From positions 7,192,001-7,256,000 of the forward strand of contig OX597819.1 in NCBI GenBank assembly GCA_951406725.2: a stretch of 64,000 bases of DNA, in the 5' to 3' direction. The position numbers and the translations under genes are program-made. This stretch comes from Octopus vulgaris (taxonomy: Eukaryota). Each line of letters opens with the position of its first letter. Within the stretch, counting starts at the first letter, position 1. This document shows, one piece after another, positions 13,701-24,562 of this stretch. A model generated the notes under the pieces. It ran no database searches, was not told the origin of the DNA, and worked only from the letters and a program-made list of their open reading frames with translations.

Positions 13701-16700
13701 CCCTGACCCCAACGTTTGTTTTATCCCCTCTTTTTCTCAACCTTATGGTGAATAAAGAAATTCTCTCTCTCTCTCTCTTTCTTTCCCTCTCTCTCTCTCT
13801 CTCTCTCTCCCCTGTAGAGTGATATTCAGTTCTTCTAAACTCAATTATATTCTACCAACACTAGAACTCTGTTCTTAGATATAAATTAGCGACTTCATTC
13901 ATAGGCACGCTTAGTCTTCGTCCCTTCCATACAGTTGGTCTGTCTATTGACAGCAAGACCTCTTCAATAATCCCAGTTTTGAGCGTAGGTTGCATAGATC
14001 TTCCCAAGGATGCTAAGTTCCTTCAGATCTTTGAAGGTGGCATACTCTCTCTTTTACTCTTTTACTTGTTTCAGTCATTTGACTGCGGCCATGCTGGAGC
14101 ACCACCTTTAGTCGACCAAATTGACCCCGGGACTTATTCTTTGTAAGCCCAGTACTTATTCTATCGGTCTCTTTTGCCGAACCACTAAGTGACAGGGACG
14201 TAAACACACCAGCATCGGTTGTCAAGCAATGCTGGGTGGACAAACACAGACACACAAACATACACACACATACATATATATATATATACATATATACGAC
14301 AGGCTTCTTTCAGTTTCCGTCTACCAAATCCACTCACAAGGCATTGGTCAGCCCGGGCTATAGCAGAAGACACTTGCCCAAGATGCCACGCAGTGGGACT
14401 GAACCCGGAACCATGTGGTTGGTTAGCAAGCTACTTACCACAGAGCCACTCCTGCGCCTATTGTCTTTTTGTATCTCCCTCTCCTTCTTTCAGCCCTTTG
14501 GTGGTAACCATTGTATAGCTGTCTTGGGTATTATTCTAGTGGCAGTTGGGGAAAAAGACCTGACCTGCCAGACTAATTCTTTTTGCCACAATCTCCAGCA
14601 TTCTGCACAAATTGGCTCTTCTCGGGACTTCAGAGTTTGTGATTCTGTTCCTGTAAGTGATCTTGAGTGTTCTGTGCTGCTGAAGAATGAAGGAAACGCC
14701 ACGGTGCAAGATCTAACCAAATTATTGCAACACCTGTTGGAAAAACAGAGCAGTGCCAGAAGAGTAGACAAAAGGTGACGTAGTTAAACTACCAAAGAAA
14801 GACAACCTCAGTGACTGCAGTTGACATACAGGAGTCATCATCATCATCATCATCGTTTAACGTCCGTTCTCCATGCTAGCATGGGTTGGACGGTTCAACT
14901 GGGGTCTGTGAAGCCGGAAGGCTGCATCAAGCCCAGTCTGATCTGGCAGTGTTTCTACGGCTGGATGCCCTTCCTAACATACAGGAGTGGAAAAAGTAAT
15001 CGTTGGAGAAGGATAAATAGATTGATAGATAAAACAAACAGAAGATAGAAAATTTAGTTGATCGATCGAAAATTGTGTGATAGCCCAATGAAGAAAGAGA
15101 ATGTTGACAACACTGCCATTACTTGTGAAAGATGAAGCTCTAACTCGCATTTAATTTTTTAATTAATTTAATTCTCAGAGTTAGCTCCCCTGTCCTTTTT
15201 TCAACCAAAATTCACTCCTCTTTTTGTTACCATATTTCTTTTGAAATACACTTACCGTTTCAATTAATTTTGAAAAAAATGAAGAATTTAATGAAATAAC
15301 TTTGTCATTTTTAAAGAAGTATTTGGAATATAAATTAACATGATACTTTGATCGTAGAATTTAATTTATTTCACTTTAAAACAACAAGTTTGTGCCATAG
15401 AACCAGGGGCACTCTCAGGCTGGTTGGAATCAAAAGGGCTTATGTTATACTATCTTTACTTCTATCTCTTATTGTTTATTTGTTTTCAGTCATTAGACTG
15501 CAGTCATGCTGGGACACCATGCTGAAGGTTTTCAGTCAAACAAATCAACCCCAGTGCTCATTTTTGACGCCTGGTACTTACTCTGTTCTTCCCTAATGTT
15601 GAACTGCTGGTGAGTACCAGGCTTTAAAAAAAAAAAAAAAAACAAGAACTGGAGTTGATTCATTCATCTAAAACTTCTTCAATGTGGTGCCCCAGTCTGG
15701 CCGCAATCCAATGACTGAAACAAGTAAAAGATAAAAGATAAAATGTTTTGTAAATCATAATGAAACAGGAATAGGCGCAGGAGTAGCTGTGTGGTAAGTA
15801 GCTTGCTAACCAACCACATGGTTCCGGGTTCAGTCCCACTGCGTGGCATCTTGGGCAAGTGTCTTCTGCTATAGCCCCGGGCCAACCAATGCCTTGTGAG
15901 TAGATTTGGTAGACGGAAACTGAAAGAAGCCTGTCGTATATATGTATATATATATATATGTATGTGTGGGTGTGTCTGTGTTTGTCCCCTCAACATCGCT
16001 TGACAACCGATGCTGGTGTGTTTACGTCCCCGTTACTTAGCTGTTCGGCAAAAGAGACCGATAGAATAAGTACTGGGCTTACAAAGAATAAGTCCCGGGG
16101 TCGATTTGCTCGACTAAAGGCGGTGTTCCAGCATGGCCGCAGTCAAATGACTGAAACGAGTAAAAGAGAGAGTAAGAGAGGAATAGGTCTGAGGTTGTGG
16201 TGGGGGATTATCTTTTGAACTTAATCTGAGGAGAGGACTTTTCGTAGTTACTAGTATAAGTTGCTGCATTTTAATCATCATCACCATTTAATGTCCGTTT
16301 TCCATGCTGGCATGGGTTGAATGGTCTGACAGGAGTTGGATAGGCGGAAGACTGCATCAGGCTTCACTGTTTTGGCATGGCTTTTACAGTTTGTTGCCCT
16401 TGCTGACACCAGCTATCCTACAGCGTAGCAAGAATGATGTTCTGTGTTGTGTTTAAGTTGTACAACAGCAGCATCTTAATGTGAAGCAGGCTAAGCCACC
16501 ACGTAGAACAGTCTTTCTTATAAGGTGAGACAGTTGAGCTTAATGGGGGAGTTAGGAGGACTGAAAAAGGGGCATAGACAAAATGTTGTGTTCAATAGAA
16601 TTAAGATGATTTTAAAACTTTTTAAACCAACACCACAGCAAAAGAAGAAGAACTCTATGGATGCAAACTCTATTTTGTCTTCTCATTAATAAAGAGTTGA

Positions 16701-19700
16701 AGAAGGGAGGATTTCACTAATATTTTGTAGCAGGACTGGTATTTGTAAGGCAGCGAGCTGGCAGAATCGTTAGCACGCCGGGCGAAATGCTTAGCTGTAT
16801 TTCGTCTGCCGCTACGTTCTGAGTTCAAATTCCGCCAAGGTCGACTTTGCCTTTCATCCTTTCGGGGTCGATAAATTAAGTACCAGTTACGCACTGGGGT
16901 CGATGTAATCGACTCAATACCTATGTCTGTCCTTGTTTGTCCCCTCTATAAATCTCTCATCAATTATATATTCTTTCTTTCCATTAGACACGTAGGTAAT
17001 CATTACTTCTACATATTACCTATTTACAGCTGAGACCAGCAAAGAAACTTCTATAACAGGTGTGCCAAACATGGCCACAGCAAAGTTTAGTCTAGCATCT
17101 AGACTGCAACAGGAGAGGTTAAAAAGGGGGAGAGAGAAATTCAGGATGTCCGAATGATTAAAGAATTGAAGGCATTCATTGCTAAGACAAATTACCCTAC
17201 TTGATCTCAGTGGTACAATAGACTCTGCTCCCATTCTTATGTTTGGGTTGTTAGTCACTACAGTTTATAAGTAACATATTTCTTTACTACCCACAAGGGG
17301 CTAAACACAGAGGGGACAAACAAGGACTGACAAAGGGATTAAGTCGATTACATTGACCCCAGTGCGTAACTGGTACTTAATTTATCGACCCCGAAAGGTT
17401 GAAAGGCAAAGTCAACCTCGGCGGAATTTGAACTCAGAACGTAACGGCAGACGAAATACGGCTACACATTTCGCCCGGCGTGCTAACGTTTCTGCCAGCT
17501 CGCCGCCTTTATGAGTAACAACTATTCTGATTACTCAAATCAGTGCACATTAGGCAATCTTTTTTTTTTTTATCTCAACCAATGGAAAATAAGCTAAAGA
17601 ATCATAAAAACGAGACCTTTTTTTATAAACACTAAGCTAATTTGTTTTTCCCAAATGTACACATATTTGTCACTCCACTACTGCTTGACAACCCGTGTTG
17701 GTTTGTTTACATCTCTATGAATTAGCAGTTCAACAAAAAAGACCAATAGAATGAGTACCAGGCTTAGAAAGAAAATATGTAGTAGGATCTATTAGTTTGA
17801 CTAAAAGTTCTTCAAGGCCGTGCCCCAGCATAGCCACAGTCTAATGACTGAAACAAGTAAAAGATTTTTTTTAAATGTGTTTATCTAAATAGATTCCAGT
17901 AATATTAATGATATTGAAAGGTTTCTGCAGCTGAAGCAGTGTAAGCTTTTTATCAATCATTGGTTTTCTCAAGAATTGTATGCATCCAATTGAATGATTC
18001 CTCTCCCTGTCCTAACTCTAAGGTAGTAGTTCTCAACTGGGGTCCATATGGCCCTTGGCAGTTGGTATGACCTAAGATTTTGTTGTTAACATTTATGTGC
18101 CATAAAATTGGTTATACTTATTCAATACACAAAGTATTTCATACAATTCCTAGTGGCTGTAGGCGCAGGAGTGGCTGTGTGGTAATTAGCTTGCTAACCA
18201 ACCACATGGTTCCGGGTTCAGTCCCACTGCGTGGCATCTTGGGCGAGTGTCTTCTGCTATAGCCCCGGGCCGACCAATGCCTTGTGAGTGGATTTGGTAG
18301 ACGGAAACTGTAAGAAGCCTGTCATATATATGTATATATATATGTGTGTGTGTGTGTGTGTTTGTCCCGCTAGCATTGCTATGTGTGTTTATGTCCCCGT
18401 CACTTAGCGGTTTGGCAAAAGAGACCGATAGAATAAGTACTGGGCTTACAAAGAATAAGTCCCAGGGTCGATTTGCTCGACTAAAGGCGGTGCTCCAGCA
18501 TGGCCACAGTCAAATGACTTGAAACAAGTAAAAGAGAAAAGAGAGAGAGATAAAAATCTAATAGCATATTTTTAAGCATGAAATTGCTATGGGGGCCAGT
18601 AGAAATAATTGTCCCTATTTGATCCACAAAGTTTAGTTTATACTTGAATCCAGCCTACTTGCTCTTGTCTGTCCAGCCTGCATAACCAAATCTTCAAATC
18701 ACACCCTGCTTTCCTAATAAATGAAAGGACACATTGAATGATGTACTTCTTAGAAATGTTGTACCTAACTACTTTTGATCATAGGTCTGTTTAATTAGGG
18801 CTTACTTGCAGCTAAAGGGTGAAAGGTAAAGATCTCCTTCAGTCATGAATGACCATGAGATTGCACCTAGAAAGTTACCCTTAGAGGTACACATCCGGGC
18901 AAGGTTGTTTATGGGAGACCAGCAGTCACCCGTGCATACTGGCCTCCCCGCTCCACGCCACCAGTGTTATCCAAGGGAAAGGCAAAGGGGCCGATACAGC
19001 TTGGAACTAATGACATCGCAACTCATTTCTACAGCTGAATGAACTGGAGCAATGTGAAATAAAGTGCCTTGCTCAAGAGCACAACACACAGCCCGGTCCA
19101 TGAATTGAACTCACTACCTCAAGATTGTAAGCTCGACACTCTAATCACAGAGAACAACTATAACTAAATGTCAACCAAGTGGACAATTAACCCTTTCGTT
19201 ACCGTATTTATTTTGAGATGCCCTGTGTTTCTTTCAATTACTTTAAATATAACAAAGAATTTAGTAAAATAACTCAGTTATCATTCAGCTGGTGTTAGGA
19301 ACATAAATTGTGACTAAAGCTTGGTGGAAGATTTTAATTCAAAACTTATGAAAACAAGACATTTGTACTCAGTGCCAGAGCCGGTTTCAGCCGGGTTAGT
19401 AACAAAAGGGTTAAATATCTTTGCCAACAGCAAGGCTAACATCCCACCTACTCACTTCCCATAAATGTGGTTCTTGATGATAATTTGATAATCCTTAATC
19501 CTATTTAAGCGTTTCAGTAGAATTCTTTCTTTTATTATTTTTAGACACGCAAGATGAGAGGAATTTATTTTATGTGGCCATAACTCGAGCAAAGTATTCT
19601 CTGTATTTGACAGACTATTTATGCCATCTGATTGATGAGTTTAGTGTGAGTATTCAAATTTTGATTCTAATATAAAGTTTGTGAAAATAGCATTGATGAG

Positions 19701-22665
19701 TAATGATTTCAGGAAACTATATTGAAGTGGGTGGGAGTAACTGAAAAAGAGATAAAGATGTTGATGATGTGTTAGAGGCGCAATGGCCCAGTGGTTAGGG
19801 CAGCGGACTCGCGGTCATAGGATCGCAGTTTCGATTCCCAGACCGGGCGTTGTGAGTGTTTATTGAGCGAAAACACCTAAAAGCTCCACGAGGCTCCGGC
19901 AGGGGATGGTGGTGATCCCTGCTGTACTCTTTCACCACAACTTTCTCTCACTCTTACTTCCTGTTTCTGCTGTACCTGTATTTCAAGGGGTTGGCCTTGT
20001 CACTCTCTGTGTCAGGCTGAATATCCCCGAGAACTACGTTAAGGGTACACGTGTCTGTGGAGTGCTCAGCCACTTGCACGTTAATTTCACGAGCAGGCTG
20101 TTCCGTTGATTCGGATCAACCGGAACCCTCGTCGTCATAACCGACGGAGTGCTTCCACACAGAGCATAGCTTCAAAGTACAAGAAAATGATTGTACTTGT
20201 AAATAGGAACTGATGTGTGCTAGTACCATGTGAAAGCACCTGTGCCAGTGTCTCATAAAAGTACCTGTGCCAGTGCCATATAAAAGTGCCCATGTCAGTT
20301 CTACATAAAAACGCCCATGTCAATGTCGCATTAAAAGCACCTCGTACGTTATGGGTGCTTTTAATGTGGCATCAGCACAATGCTTTTTACATGGCACCAT
20401 ATTTGTGTGTGTGTGTGTGTGGTCAGACTCCAAAGAGGCTGGTGTTGGTCTGCATCAGCAAGATTTACATTATATAGTAAAATCAATAAAGTGAGTGCAG
20501 TGAACTTGCTGTGGGGATTGAAAAATCCAATGTTTTGGATGAGCTTTTCTTCAGGAGAAAGTTGAAAGGAAAGAAATTAATGTGAGACAGCAGATTTTTA
20601 CAACACACACACACACACATACGTATGTGTGTTTGTAAATGAGAGAATGTATGCACTTGTTTAGGCTACGTTTGATCTCAGAACCTTAATCTTTATTCTA
20701 ACATAGGTTTCAATATTATTAATCATTTTGAAACCTTATATTGGAAATATAAACTTCTACTTCAAAGCCACCCTAAACATTTATTCATCAGTCATGTTAA
20801 AGATTGTAATTATTTAATGTTGTCACTCAAACATTGAAATTTAATTTTATATAATTTATGTTTTTTTTTCCCAGGGCTCAAGATTGCAAGTTGTAATGTC
20901 TGATGGATTGGAAACTTGTGGAAAATCCTTGGTTTGTGGCATGTGTGGTTCAGTTGTAAAGCAAAAACGCAAGAAAACAGATATTTTTCTCTCCAGAGAA
21001 ACTGTTAATACAGTAAGATTAATATTTTCTTTTATATTCTTCTCTTTCTGTCTTCTTCAAATTTCTTTTATCTTCAACCTTGTACTAATATTTCCAAAAG
21101 AATATCAATAATTGTAATGAAGTTCTCCTATAACATTGGGGAACATGGTTTTTGTTGCCTGGTGTTGAAGACACGTTTCCTAGTCTGATTTCAAAAATGA
21201 AATCCATTTTGCTCTATCACATCAAAATTTTTCACAAATTCAACATTTCCAGTATTGTCAGCATTTCTAAGGATAGACTTGGTTTCATCAAATGCAGACC
21301 CATATATGGAGCTTGACATAACTTTGGAAACAGTTTTTCAATATCATTTCAAGTAAATGCAACTACAAAAGTGAAAACAAAAATCATGGTTTAAGTATCA
21401 TCAGTAAATAAAAAGCATCAAGCTCAAGCCACTTAGAGACCAGGTATCAAGGCAGGTGGAACACAACACATGATGGCTGGTCTCTGCAAAGAGACTGTCA
21501 TGATGCAAGTTATTAGACATTAAACAATGATGATATGAATCTTTCTCTCCTATGATTACATAAAAAGACTTACTGAGCTGTGGCCGTTGTTCTATGTTGT
21601 TGTTTCCCTGACAACAAATCGTTTGGTAGCTCTTTGCTTTCAAAAGCAAGTAAAATGAAAACTTCCTTACATGAAAAACTAGCAACGGCTCACAGCAATG
21701 TTTAGTGTCCAGAATTGTTTGCATACCAGAGAAAATGCTTGGAGGCATTTCATCAGTCTTCATGTTCAGAGATCGAATTCAGAGTTTAGTGTCCAATGAA
21801 GGAAAGGTACGCATAAGTGAGCTGGTTGCACCCCTGGCACAAGCAAACGAGGTTATGGTCTCATTTGGCTTACCGGGTTTTCTCAAACACAACATATTTT
21901 CAAAGGTCTCAGTCACTAGTCATTGCCTTGGTGAGACCTAATGTTTGAAGTTCATGCTTCACCACTTCATCCCAGGTCTTCCTGGGATATCCCACTATAA
22001 GCAAGCCTCAGCATGGTTTCAACTAATCCATGTTAGCATGAGAAGATGGTCATACAAAAAAAAAAAATTCCTAGGCTTTTTCCTGGAACCTATCCTGAGT
22101 TATACTGGTTGTTATGTGTAGTTTGGGTTCTAATGGGATAGACAACCAAATGAAAGCCATTGTTATTGTTTATTTACTATTCGTGTTACATGGACTCGAC
22201 ATTCAGCGTAGCGATACATAATATACTTTACACACAGTTTGTATTGTTCACTAACAAAATAGTGCCAAAAGTGGGGATGTATTCTATACATACGTAAACA
22301 CTTAGATATGAATGTGTAACACTTGGAGTCTTGAATAAGTTGCTATTGACTGAACTATTAGCAAAACTTGTCATAAACAACCTTTCATTTTAATGTAAGG
22401 AGCCTTCTGTTTCTGTTTTGTCTTGCTGTTGTATTTCCAGTATAGGGTTTTGTTTCCAAAGATTCTGAATCTGAGACCTTATCAAAGCATAATTCTTTGC
22501 CTTAAATACCAAAATATTTGTATATTTTATTGATGACACTCATCTGATTATTTTCTCTTGTAGATGAGTCACACATATGAAGGAGGAATAATTTGTAAAC
22601 AATGCGTCTCCAATATGGAACCAACTCTGGCCTTTCTCTGCAAGGAAACAGAAACTACTCAGTAA
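1594..22665 (+). CDS. FBH1: F-box DNA helicase 1 (UvrD/SF1A helicase), 3' part of a multi-exon gene; 5' exons lie upstream of the window
   Basis: Ten core GT-AG exons join in phase into one ORF with motifs DEAQD (II), [12 protein letters not shown] (III), SFRF (IV), [10 protein letters not shown] (V) and YVAITRAK (VI). It also has [12 protein letters not shown] and a C-terminal [12 protein letters not shown], which match vertebrate FBH1 as I recall it. Confidence 0.93.
1809..2200 (-). mobile_element. non-autonomous Helitron (family H1)
   Basis: minus strand reads A|TCTTTATATATAAAAG...CCCGAGCAACGCCGGG hairpin...CTAG|T; no TSD; other copies at 31199 and 49657. Confidence 0.88.
2486..2869 (-). 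mobile_element. SINE family B (tRNA-derived, ~385 bp), inserted into an older RTE 3'-UTR copy
   Basis: tRNA-like head ggaggcgcaatggcccagtggttagggc..ggtttcgattccc; 15-bp TSD tgcc(g/a)gcaccgtgtg. Confidence 0.9.
3303..3439 (+). CDS. FBH1: FBH1 exon ([33 protein letters not shown]...FYLTQ), motif III
   Basis: ttttgttacag acceptor; CAA|gtaagt donor; 137 nt, phase 1 to 0. Confidence 0.95.
3587..3975 (+). mobile_element. SINE family B
   Basis: 14-bp TSD aagttaataatggt at 3573-3586 and 3976-3989. Confidence 0.92.
4036..4132 (+). CDS. FBH1: FBH1 exon ([16 protein letters not shown]...LVGGTNK), motif IV
   Basis: long pyrimidine tract + cag; T|gtaagt donor; 97 nt, phase 0 to 1. Confidence 0.95.
4330..4843 (-). 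mobile_element. RTE LINE 3'-UTR copy (family D) with six ~60-bp internal repeats and a (GAT)n tail
   Basis: same sequence as the 3' UTR attached to the RTE ORF at 25737-26615. Confidence 0.85.
5078..5228 (+). mobile_element. family D, 5'-truncated
   Basis: ggcattaggaagggcatccag...ccaacccatgctagcatgg...(gat)n. Confidence 0.85.
5860..6178 (+). mobile_element. family D with three internal repeats
   Basis: same family D body and tail. Confidence 0.85.
6402..6526 (+). CDS. FBH1: FBH1 exon ([26 protein letters not shown]...MAFVG)
   Basis: poly-T + cctacag acceptor; GGG|gtaaaa donor; 125 nt, phase 1 to 0. Confidence 0.92.
6827..7712. mobile_element. TTAA-flanked MITE (piggyBac-type, family P2) with a nested SINE E (~6862-7210) and a nested family D copy (~7350-7635)
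   Basis: TTAA|ccttttagcatt...aatgctaaaggt|TTAA; uninterrupted ~220-bp copies at 44062 and 58020. Confidence 0.75.
7824..8045. mobile_element. TTAA-flanked MITE (piggyBac-type, family P1)
   Basis: TTAA TSD, TIR ccttttgttac/gtaacaaaaggg. Confidence 0.82.
8062..8296 (+). mobile_element. SINE family C (tRNA head plus Meta-domain-like core)
   Basis: gagctggcagaa..gagttcaaattcc head, then gactttgcctttcatcctttcggggtcgat..taccag, which resembles the MetaSINE central domain. Confidence 0.85.
8588..8910 (-). mobile_element. CR1-type LINE 3' end with (TTA)n tail
   Basis: minus strand translates [28 protein letters not shown], a CR1-like C-terminus; decayed copy at ~32790-33080. Confidence 0.8.
9109..9181 (+). 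CDS. FBH1: FBH1 exon ([24 protein letters not shown])
   Basis: pyrimidine tract + aag acceptor; AAAG|gtaaca donor; phase 0 to 1 links both neighbours. Confidence 0.85.
9737..9970 (-). mobile_element. SINE family C
   Basis: flanked by a 21-bp direct repeat agttcactaagtacaattacc. Confidence 0.9.
10719..10904 (+). CDS. FBH1: FBH1 exon ([23 protein letters not shown]...IKEVRDA)
   Basis: tattgcag acceptor; GCTG|gtaagt donor; phase 1 to 1. Confidence 0.92.
11340..11753 (-). mobile_element. SINE family A
   Basis: reverse complement of family A. Confidence 0.9.
12977..13054 (+). CDS. FBH1: FBH1 exon ([26 protein letters not shown]), motif V
   Basis: ttttag acceptor; TTAG|gtttgt donor; 78 nt, phase 1 to 1. 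Confidence 0.95.
13365..13760 (+). mobile_element. 5'-truncated non-LTR retrotransposon (probably L1/Tx1 clade) inside a (TC)n tract
   Basis: 58 open codons (TRVKG...[23 protein letters not shown]) ending 13541, T-rich 3' UTR, AATAAA at 13751; (CT)n on both flanks. Confidence 0.65.
14045..14459 (-). mobile_element. SINE family A
   Basis: reverse complement of family A. Confidence 0.9.
14836..14976 (-). mobile_element. family D, 5'-truncated
   Basis: 12-bp TSD acatacaggagt. Confidence 0.88.
15774..16180 (+). mobile_element. SINE family A
   Basis: full family A copy. Confidence 0.9.
16749..16948 (+). mobile_element. SINE family C
   Basis: matches 8062-8296, 3' end missing. Confidence 0.88.
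17030..17059 (+). CDS. FBH1: candidate 30-nt FBH1 cassette exon ([10 protein letters not shown])
   Basis: cctatttacag acceptor; CAG|gtgtgc donor; symmetric phase 1-1 and open in the FBH1 frame; no homology support. Confidence 0.4.
17277..17507 (-). mobile_element. SINE family C
   Basis: TSD tttat(a/g)agtaaca. Confidence 0.9.
17893..17940 (+). CDS. FBH1: probable 48-nt FBH1 exon ([16 protein letters not shown]) between motifs V and VI
   Basis: atctaaatag acceptor; T|gtaagc donor; symmetric phase 1-1; restores a linker of roughly the length I recall in vertebrate FBH1. Confidence 0.65.
18162..18550 (+). mobile_element. SINE family A
   Basis: family A copy with a small internal deletion. Confidence 0.9.
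18817..19150 (-). mobile_element. SINE family E (tRNA-like head, ACCTTT-type tail)
   Basis: homologous to ~6862-7210; minus strand has a gagttcaattc B-box-like motif and gtgttgtgctcttgagcaaggcactt. Confidence 0.75.
19191..19410. mobile_element. TTAA-flanked MITE P1
   Basis: TTAA|ccctttcgttac...gtaacaaaaggg|TTAA. Confidence 0.88.
19545..19645 (+). CDS. FBH1: FBH1 exon ([21 protein letters not shown]...EFS), motif VI
   Basis: tttttag acceptor; AGT|gtgagt donor; 101 nt, phase 1 to 0. Confidence 0.95.
19775..20160 (+). mobile_element. SINE family B
   Basis: near-identical to 3587-3975. Confidence 0.9.
20875..21012 (+). CDS. FBH1: FBH1 exon ([25 protein letters not shown]...ETVNT), first CxxC
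   Basis: ttttcccag acceptor; ACA|gtaaga donor; 138 nt, phase 0 to 0. Confidence 0.88.
22564..22665 (+). CDS. FBH1: FBH1 last coding exon ([33 protein letters not shown])
   Basis: ttctcttgtag acceptor; TAA at 22663-22665; GGxxCxxC...LAFL as in the FBH1 C-terminus. Confidence 0.9.
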   Translation: MSHTYEGGIICKQCVSNMEPTLAFLCKETETTQ

Positions 22666-22852
22666 CAATTGATTCTATATAAAGCTGTCTGTGATTTCTA
22701 TATTGAAATGCTTGTATTTCTTTGCAGAGAAATTTTGCATTTTGTATATAATATGTACTGTTATCCTTAATTATTAATTGCCACCTTATAACAAATATAA
22801 CGACATCTAAAAGGAAGAAAACAAAATATCCAATAATTTTATGATTCTTGGA

Positions 22853-22858
22853 ATTAAA
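22853..22858 (+). terminator. candidate poly(A) signal ATTAAA for FBH1
   Basis: ATTAAA ~190 nt after the stop in an AT-rich UTR; motif only. Confidence 0.3.
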
Positions 22859-23496
22859 CGCTTGATACAGTATTATGACTAAACATTAACATTTATTTCA
22901 TCACTCTCTCACTCAGTCATTCAATCAATCATCATCATCGTCATTATGACCATGTTTATTTTTTCTATGCTTCCTTGAATCAAACAGACTTTTTTAGTCA
23001 TACTATCCTGTTAGATGCCCTTTCTGTCACCAACACTCACCTGTTTCCCAGCAAGGTAATATTTCCCCATAGACAGAAAATGTTTTGCACTGAGGATTGG
23101 AAGTAAACAATGCTCTTTTACTACCATCATGTAATGACAAAACAAAAGAAAACACACATATTCATACATACATTCATAGTTTGCATGCATATATATGTAT
23201 ACACACACATACTCACACACACATGCATTTGTGTATATATATACTCAATGGGTTGTCTACCAAATCTCGCAAGGCATTGGTCGACCCAGTGTTATCATAG
23301 AAGACACTTGCACAAGGTATCAGGTGTGGTACTGAACCCAAGACTATATGGTTGGGAAGCTGACTTCTTAAGCCTACAGTTAGTGTCTCCAAATATATTT
23401 GTACTCAATTTTCTGCTAACTAAGCAATCTGTCAGTTTTTCAATGAAACACAGAGATAGTGAAAGTACCATAGCAGCTAATTGCTTTTAATGCATA

Positions 23497-23919
23497 CTAG
23501 CAGCATTGCTCGGGTATGTAAGAGCCCCTAGTAGGCAACGACTAATCCCAATCTAGTCCTTTCCCTCTAGGGAACGAAGGCGCATGTGTAGGTTGCAATG
23601 TCTTCTCTTCACTCGAATACTTCTGTGTATACGATGTTCCTAGCTGTCCCTTTGGGCGATAAAAAGGTCGAGTTGTGTCCCCTAGACAGAAAATGTGTTG
23701 CATATAAAAAGCTTAAATTCTCGACCCCATGTCGAATTTATCGATTTTTTTTCAGAACTGGGGGAACTTTTCAAAATTTTCGCTGCGTTAGTTTTGAATT
23801 ATGACATTGGGCTATGTGTGTGTCAAGTTTCATCAGAATCGGTTGAAAGCTGTGGTCAGGGTGAGGGTACAACCTGACAGACACACAGATAGACAAACTG
23901 CCGTTTATATATAGAGAGA
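23497..23919 (-). mobile_element. non-autonomous Helitron (second family), 3' hairpin partly deleted
   Basis: minus strand A|TCTCTCTATATATAAA...CCCGAGCAATGCTGCTAG|T. Confidence 0.75.
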
Positions 23920-24282
23920 TATCAGGTGGTGAAGACCCAAAGCGAGAGAGAAAAGAACACACTGTCATTTACAATGTTAGTGAGATAACCAAAAGACAAC
24001 TTGTTCAATTCTGGCCTCTGTGAATCGAATTTTTATGCCTGTGGATTGGCAGAAACAGAAAGTTTGTCCATCCATCCATCCATCTTCTCTGCTCACAATT
24101 CCTGGAAGAGTCATGGGTGTGGTGTCCTCAGGCACCTTCTCCATTGGATCCAATCAGAAGCAACCATCATTAGACTTTCCAGCTGGATTCCCAAGCATGA
24201 CCAACTGAGAATATGTGTATTATCCAACCATTTCGTTTTTGGTCTACCCTAGGTCTCCTAATTGAAGAATCTGTCTTATGAT

Positions 24283-24506
24283 TCTTTTACTCTTTTACTT
24301 GTTTCAGTCATTTGACTGTGGCCATGCTGGAGCACCGCCTCTAGTCAAGCAAATCGACCCCAGGACTTATTCTTTGTAAGCCCAGTACTTATTCTATCAG
24401 TCTCTTTTGCCGAATCGCTAAGTGACGGGGACGTAAACACACCAGCATCGGTTGTCAAGCAATGCTAGGGGGACAAACACAGACACACAAACACACACAC
24501 ACACAC

Positions 24507-24562
<56 letters not shown>

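Noticed and set aside
16988-16995. 8-nt AG..GT micro-exon (acacgtag) in an FBH1 intron
   Set aside because: It gives an immediate in-frame stop and leaves only 34 nt to the next acceptor; most likely chance.
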